Positions 58,958 through 64,000 of a DNA stretch of 64,000 nucleotides are shown here, piece after piece (positions within the stretch are counted from its first letter, which is position 1; the number at the start of each line of letters is the position of its first letter). The position numbers were made by a program, and so were the translations under genes. The stretch comes from Thermodesulfobacteriota bacterium. Its GTDB lineage: Bacteria; Desulfobacterota_D; UBA1144; Nemesobacterales; UBA2774. The stretch covers positions 1,856,001 to 1,920,000 of the forward strand of contig OZ244991.1 of the NCBI GenBank assembly GCA_965223335.1. Direction: 5' to 3'. A model generated the notes under the pieces. The model made no database searches. It was given only the letters and a program-made list of their open reading frames with translations, and was not told the origin of the DNA.

Positions 58958-60586
58958 TTAATTGCTCTCAGAGAATTTTTTAGCATGTTCAACAGCAGCA
59001 GTTTGGGAATCGGCGTTCTGTGTGAGTTCTATGAGCTGTTGGTAATAAACCATGGCTTTCTCTTTGTCTCCTGCGGCTTCGGCTGCACGCCCCGCACCGT
59101 ATAGGGCATAGTAGCGGTTAGGCGAGATTTTTAGACTTGCCTCGTATGCAGCTAGTGCATCTGCAGGTCTATCGGACATAATCAGCATATCGCCGTACAT
59201 ATCACGTGCCGGCATCACGGCACCGGGGGTGACTGGGTGTTTGTCCATGGAGTCTTCGAGATCAGCGGCCTCGCTCATCATAAGAAGTCCTTGTTCCTTG
59301 TCACCGCTTGCGTATGTGATCCAGGCGTCTACTGTTTGTCGTTGGGCGTCGACTATTACACCCCAGTACTTATCACCGCTATCCACTGTGTTTTGATAGA
59401 GCTCGTCGAGCTTGGCTTTATTTTTTTTTGCCCCCTCCACATCACCGTTTCTAGCGGCTCCGAGACCCTTGGCATAGTATGTAATGGCCTCGTACTGGGG
59501 GTGTTTGTCCCAGGGGAAGCTGGCATGGGTCCTGGTGCCCAGAGATGCTGCTTCTGCCCACTCTGCGCGTTCGAGCGGATAGCGGGCCTGTGCTGCGGCT
59601 ATGCCGTAGGCCGAGGCAAAACTGTCTTGGTAGTCCTTAATACTGTTTACCTTGTTTAAGAGCTCAACTGCTTTTTGGTATTGGCCCTGCTGGAGGTATG
59701 CATACATCAAATAGTCCACTGCGTGTATATAGTGAAGGGACATTGTGTCGGTGGACTGACGCTTCGCGGAATCTGCTGAACGTATGTTCCAGGTTATAGT
59801 CTCGGGCCACATACCTAGTCTTACAAAAATATGGCTCGGCATATGGAGCGCGTGAGGGACATCGGGTGCGATTTTGTCGTAGTCCCTGGCTACCGGTACA
59901 GCACGTTTGGCAAGTACGGGGTTATCGTATGCGTGGATGGTGTAGTGGAAAAGACCGGGGTGCTCGGGGTATTGCTTGTGTAATTTCTCAAGCAAAGCAC
60001 CCGCGGCTTTTTGGTTCTTAAAACTCTTGTCGGCTTTAGGAGCGGTTGCAAGTAAAGAGAGAGAATAGAATGCACCTGCATTTACATCTTCGGGGTTGGC
60101 ATCTAAGACATTTTTTTGTCCGTCTGACCAGGCTTGGATTCTGGATTTGTGATCTGTGGTATCCCAGTCTGTATAAAACGCCGCGACTGCATCTACGTAG
60201 GACTGTTCCCGTGGGGTGCCGGGCTTAAGCTCGTTTGCCTTCATAGCGGCTTCGTGTCCTTTCTTGAGCTCTTTTTTGCTGGGTGGTGCCCACAGAGGAT
60301 GAAACTGTGTCATTGCGATCCCCCAATAGGCCATGGCACAGTCGGGGTCTATCTCCAGTACCTTTAGCAACTCTTGTTCGGCCTGTGCATACATCATGTG
60401 GTGGAGTAGCGCCACGGAACTGTTAATTGTTTCTGCAGCTTCTGGTTTACACGAGTTTGAAAACTCGACAACTCCCAAGGTTTTCTGTTTGGCAAATGCC
60501 CCATCTATAAAACCCTTCGGACCCACTGATAAAACAAGACCTGAAGCAACTAACAAAGAAAATATTATGATACTTTGTCTAATCAT
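58958..60586 (-). CDS. Exported TPR-like helical protein with His motifs, function unknown
   Basis: Signal peptide, LGVVEFSNSC, DPDCAMAYWGIAM, HPGLFHYTIHAYD, PHALHMPSHIF, HYIH, C-terminal TPR. Confidence 0.8.
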   Translation of the reverse strand: MIRQSIIIFSLLVASGLVLSVGPKGFIDGAFAKQKTLGVVEFSNSCKPEAAETINSSVALLHHMMYAQAEQELLKVLEIDPDCAMAYWGIAMTQFHPLWAPPSKKELKKGHEAAMKANELKPGTPREQSYVDAVAAFYTDWDTTDHKSRIQAWSDGQKNVLDANPEDVNAGAFYSLSLLATAPKADKSFKNQKAAGALLEKLHKQYPEHPGLFHYTIHAYDNPVLAKRAVPVARDYDKIAPDVPHALHMPSHIFVRLGMWPETITWNIRSADSAKRQSTDTMSLHYIHAVDYLMYAYLQQGQYQKAVELLNKVNSIKDYQDSFASAYGIAAAQARYPLERAEWAEAASLGTRTHASFPWDKHPQYEAITYYAKGLGAARNGDVEGAKKNKAKLDELYQNTVDSGDKYWGVIVDAQRQTVDAWITYASGDKEQGLLMMSEAADLEDSMDKHPVTPGAVMPARDMYGDMLIMSDRPADALAAYEASLKISPNRYYALYGAGRAAEAAGDKEKAMVYYQQLIELTQNADSQTAAVEHAKKFSESN

Positions 60587-60827
60587 TATTCATCTCCCCT
60601 TGTAATTAATAATATATATAGATTAATTTTCCCATCATTTCCATTATAAGAGATAAAAATAAAAAGTGCAAACTATTCATAAATTACGAATTCGTACATT
60701 GGAAATAAACGTATTATCAATAGAATTGAAAGGTGAGTGCAACTCGTTGTAGCGATTAATTAATTTCGATATCATAATGGTAGGATGTGAGCCTTGACAG
60801 CGTATAAAATGTTAACAGGGATGGTCA

Positions 60828-61280
60828 ATGATGAGAGCAATTTTACAGAGGGTAAAGAGTGCTTCGGTGGATGTAGATAGCAGGACTATTGCAGAGATTG
60901 GACCCGGGCTATTGGTTTTGCTGGGTGCGGGGAAAGAGGATAATGAGAGTGATGTGGACTATCTGGCGGATAAGATAAAGGGGCTTAGGATTTTCCACGA
61001 CGATCGGGGCAAGATGAACCATTCTATTGTAGACACCGGAGGAGAGGTGCTGGTCGTATCGCAGTTCACGCTTTACGGGGATGCGAGAAAAGGTAGGCGT
61101 CCTTCGTTCGATAAAGCCGCGGCACCCGAGATGGCAGAGAGCTTATACAAGCGATTCATTGCCAATATTGAGGCTGCCGCGATTAAAGTCTCATCGGGTG
61201 AGTTTGGTGCTATGATGGATGTGAGTTTGGTAAACAGCGGGCCAGTTACAATACTGCTCGATAGTAAAAAGCAGTTTTAA
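60828..61280 (+). CDS. dtd: D-aminoacyl-tRNA deacylase
   Basis: MRAILQRV, LRIF, VSQFTLYGD.RKGRRPSF, FGAMMDVSLVNSGPVT. Confidence 0.97.
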   Translation: MMRAILQRVKSASVDVDSRTIAEIGPGLLVLLGAGKEDNESDVDYLADKIKGLRIFHDDRGKMNHSIVDTGGEVLVVSQFTLYGDARKGRRPSFDKAAAPEMAESLYKRFIANIEAAAIKVSSGEFGAMMDVSLVNSGPVTILLDSKKQF

Positions 61281-61331
61281 TCTCGGATCTTCCCTAATTG
61301 AATTGGCAGTTATTCAGATTATATTAACCTC

Positions 61332-61781
61332 ATGCGAAAAGTAGTGTGTAAACACCCCACGGCTAAAAGGGACTATCTGGTTGAAGAGACTTATGAGGCG
61401 GGGATAGAGCTTAGGGGCTCGGAGGTGAAATCGCTTAGGAGCAGTAACGCGAGTATAAAGGAGAGTTTTGCGCTGCTTCGTAACGGTGAGGTCTTTTTGA
61501 TAAACAGCTATATAGCACCCTACGAGTCTGCAAATGTGTTTAACCACGAGCCTAGGCGCGAGAGGAAGCTCCTTCTTCACAAGAGCGAGATAAAGAGGCT
61601 GATCGGAAAGACTCAGATAAGGGGATACACGCTAATACCCGTGCAAATTTACTTTAGCAACGGGCTTGCCAAGGTGGAGTTGGCGCTGGCCAAGGGCAGG
61701 AAATCGCATGACAAGAGGGACGACATAAAGAAGAGGGAAGCGGACCGTGAGATGGAAAAGGCTATGAAACGTAGATATTGA
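61332..61781 (+). CDS. smpB: SsrA-binding protein
   Basis: EAGIELRGSEVKSLR, NHEPRRERKLLLHKSEI, KVELALAKGRK.HDKR; adjacent to tmRNA. Confidence 0.98.
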   Translation: MRKVVCKHPTAKRDYLVEETYEAGIELRGSEVKSLRSSNASIKESFALLRNGEVFLINSYIAPYESANVFNHEPRRERKLLLHKSEIKRLIGKTQIRGYTLIPVQIYFSNGLAKVELALAKGRKSHDKRDDIKKREADREMEKAMKRRY

Positions 61782-61835
61782 CCTGAATAAATTAATGATT
61801 ATAGGTTAATATATATAGTAGTTGTTCTTTGAAAT

Positions 61836-62191
<356 letters not shown>

Positions 62192-62408
62192 ACCGTATTC
62201 TTATAACAATTAAATTTAGTTCACATTCATCAATCTCTTTAGTAACATCTGTCCGCATGTTGCAATCCATGCTAGATTGTGCTTGGGAGGACCTGTGGAT
62301 CTATGGTTTTTACATAGAAATTGTCCTAGTTTATCAGAGCCCCTAACTCACAAAAGTTCGAGTATGTTAATATACGGTATTTGTACTCAATGTGAGGAGA
62401 ATATATAG

Positions 62409-63125
62409 ATGAGAAAGAATAGGAGAAAGAACAATCAACTGAGGCCGGTAAAGATCGAGAGGGGTGTGATGAAATACCCTGAGGGCTCTGCATTGATAGA
62501 GATGGGTGAGACTAAGGTGCTTTGCTCTGTAACCGTAGAGGATAAGGTTCCGCCCTTTCTAAGGGACAGCGGTACGGGCTGGGTTACAACCGAGTACTCT
62601 ATGCTGCCCAGGTCTACACAGTCCCGAAACACACGCGAGAGTGTGAGGGGGCGGATCGGGGGCAGGTCGCACGAGATTCAGCGCATCATAGGTAGAGCGC
62701 TCAGAGCGGTGGTGGACCTGGAAAGGATGGGAGAGAGGTCGCTCATAGTGGACTGTGATGTGCTACAGGCCGACGGGGGCACACGCACGGCATCTATCAC
62801 AGGTGCCTTCGTGGCGTTATCGGATGCAGTCCTATTTCTCATGCGTGAGGGTCTACTGGATCAGAACCCGATACTGGACTTTATAGCGGCTGTGAGTGTG
62901 GGGGTAGTGGATAACAAGCTTATGCTCGATCTCGACTATGACGAGGACTCGAAGGCCGAGGTGGACCTAAACGTGGCAATGACCGGAAGCAGCCTTTTGG
63001 TGGAGGTGCAGGGCACAGCCGAGGAAAAGCCATTTAGCAAAAACAGGCTCTCAAGCATGGTCGGTCTTGCGGAGAAGGGTGTTAAACAGCTTATAAACGC
63101 TCAAAAAAAGGTGCTGACCGAATAG
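62409..63125 (+). CDS. rph: Ribonuclease PH
   Basis: [62 protein letters not shown]. Confidence 0.98.
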   Translation: MRKNRRKNNQLRPVKIERGVMKYPEGSALIEMGETKVLCSVTVEDKVPPFLRDSGTGWVTTEYSMLPRSTQSRNTRESVRGRIGGRSHEIQRIIGRALRAVVDLERMGERSLIVDCDVLQADGGTRTASITGAFVALSDAVLFLMREGLLDQNPILDFIAAVSVGVVDNKLMLDLDYDEDSKAEVDLNVAMTGSSLLVEVQGTAEEKPFSKNRLSSMVGLAEKGVKQLINAQKKVLTE

Positions 63126-63141
63126 CTACCGTATTCTAACG

Positions 63142-63744
63142 ATGAAATTCAGAGAAAAAATCCCAGAAATCGTTCTTGCAACGCGTAATGAAGGTAAAGT
63201 AAGAGAGTTTCAAAAGCTACTCGGAAGCTTCATTGATAGGGTGCTCTATCTTAAGGATTTCGAAGATATACCGGAGATAGTCGAAGACGGAGAGACGTTT
63301 CGGGAGAATGCGCTTAAAAAGGCGCGGGTGGTCACGGAGTATACGGGCCGTGCTGTGATTGCGGATGATTCGGGCCTCGAGGTGGACGCATTGGGGGGGA
63401 GTCCCGGAGTATACTCTGCCAGGTATGCAGGGGAAGGGGCTACGGATAGAGAGAATATCGATAAGCTGCTCGGGGAAATGTCTGGTGTAGAAAACAGGAA
63501 AGCAAACTTTGTTTGTTACTTGGCTCTGGTATTGCCTGGCGGTGAGGAGCATGTGGTGTCGGGTAAGTGTTTTGGTGAAATAACCAAGGCTCCCAGAGGG
63601 GAGGGGGGGTTTGGCTATGACCCTGTATTTTTTGTGCCTTCCAAAAACCGAACGATGGCAGAGCTAAGCCCGGAAGTAAAAAACTCGATTAGTCACCGGG
63701 CAAATGCAATGAGGGCTCTAGCGGAGCTTTTTGACAATATTTAA
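63142..63744 (+). CDS. rdgB: dITP/XTP pyrophosphatase (HAM1 family)
   Basis: ATRNEGK, ENALKKA, ADDSGLEVDALGG.PGVYSARYAG, GFGYDPVF, KNSISHR. Confidence 0.97.
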   Translation: MKFREKIPEIVLATRNEGKVREFQKLLGSFIDRVLYLKDFEDIPEIVEDGETFRENALKKARVVTEYTGRAVIADDSGLEVDALGGSPGVYSARYAGEGATDRENIDKLLGEMSGVENRKANFVCYLALVLPGGEEHVVSGKCFGEITKAPRGEGGFGYDPVFFVPSKNRTMAELSPEVKNSISHRANAMRALAELFDNI

Positions 63745-63794
63745 TGTAACCACCAATAAATTGTGTGTTTTCTACCAAAAATTTTGATTAAGTA

Positions 63795-63823
63795 TTGCAA
63801 GATTTTAGTGATTCGAATATATT
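63795..63823 (+). promoter_or_regulatory. Probable sigma70 promoter of pyrG
   Basis: TTGCAA (63795-63800), 17 nt, TATATT (63818-63823). Confidence 0.5.
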
Positions 63824-63886
63824 AATATGAACCTACTAGGTTCCACCGTCTCACTGGCGGTTATGTTCTTTCAATAAGGAACTTGA

Positions 63887-64000
63887 ATGAAAAAAACCAA
63901 GTACATATTTGTTACGGGTGGAGTTATGTCCTCACTCGGCAAGGGGATGGCTGCAGCCTCGCTCGGTGCACTGCTCGAGTGTCGAGGGCTTAGGGTAACA
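63887..64000 (+). CDS. pyrG: CTP synthase, N-terminal fragment (runs off the window)
   Basis: [46 protein letters not shown]. Confidence 0.95.
   Translation, partial: MKKTKYIFVTGGVMSSLGKGMAAASLGALLECRGLRVT

Noticed and set aside
62192..62408. Possible element integrated at the ssrA 3' end
   Set aside because: No integrase and no duplicated ssrA 3' end; rph follows after 217 nt, so the site appears empty.

Overview
Gene-dense bacterial chromosomal window, mostly housekeeping. Futalosine mqnC, a cobA-hemD fusion, CxxxY-type CcmE and TonB/Tol motor genes suggest a diderm deltaproteobacterium-like lineage, possibly Dadabacteria-like (inference only). Contents in order: (1) the end of a surface-polysaccharide locus (GT4, NodU-type carbamoyltransferase, GT2, gmd, fcl, phosphoglycosyl transferase, cysC, UDP-xylose synthase); (2) proA, a sigma70 paralogue, recN and rmlACB; (3) a pyruvoyl arginine decarboxylase divergent from a 63-aa orphan with a consensus sigma54 promoter; (4) an unusual System I* cytochrome c maturation operon (ccmABC, a CcmD-like helix fused to a periplasmic lipoprotein domain, CxxxY ccmE, ccmF, a CcmI-like zinc-ribbon protein, and a membrane-anchored cytochrome c/beta-sandwich protein, with no ccmG or ccmH); (5) rsmE, cobA-hemD, sufU-sufS and stress/redox genes, including two atypical nitroreductase-fold proteins, a PerR-like regulator, a truncated haemoglobin-reductase pair and dodecin; (6) a secreted Trp-rich protein with a poly-His, highly basic tail behind a poly-C/G4 tract; (7) proS-pyrF, a NodH/Stf0-like sulfotransferase, clpB, and dtd-smpB-tmRNA-rph-rdgB-pyrG (partial). 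I saw no CRISPR array, rRNA, tRNA, transposase or integrase. The best candidate for an undescribed system is the remodelled ccm operon. All family calls come from motif recognition by eye, not database searches.
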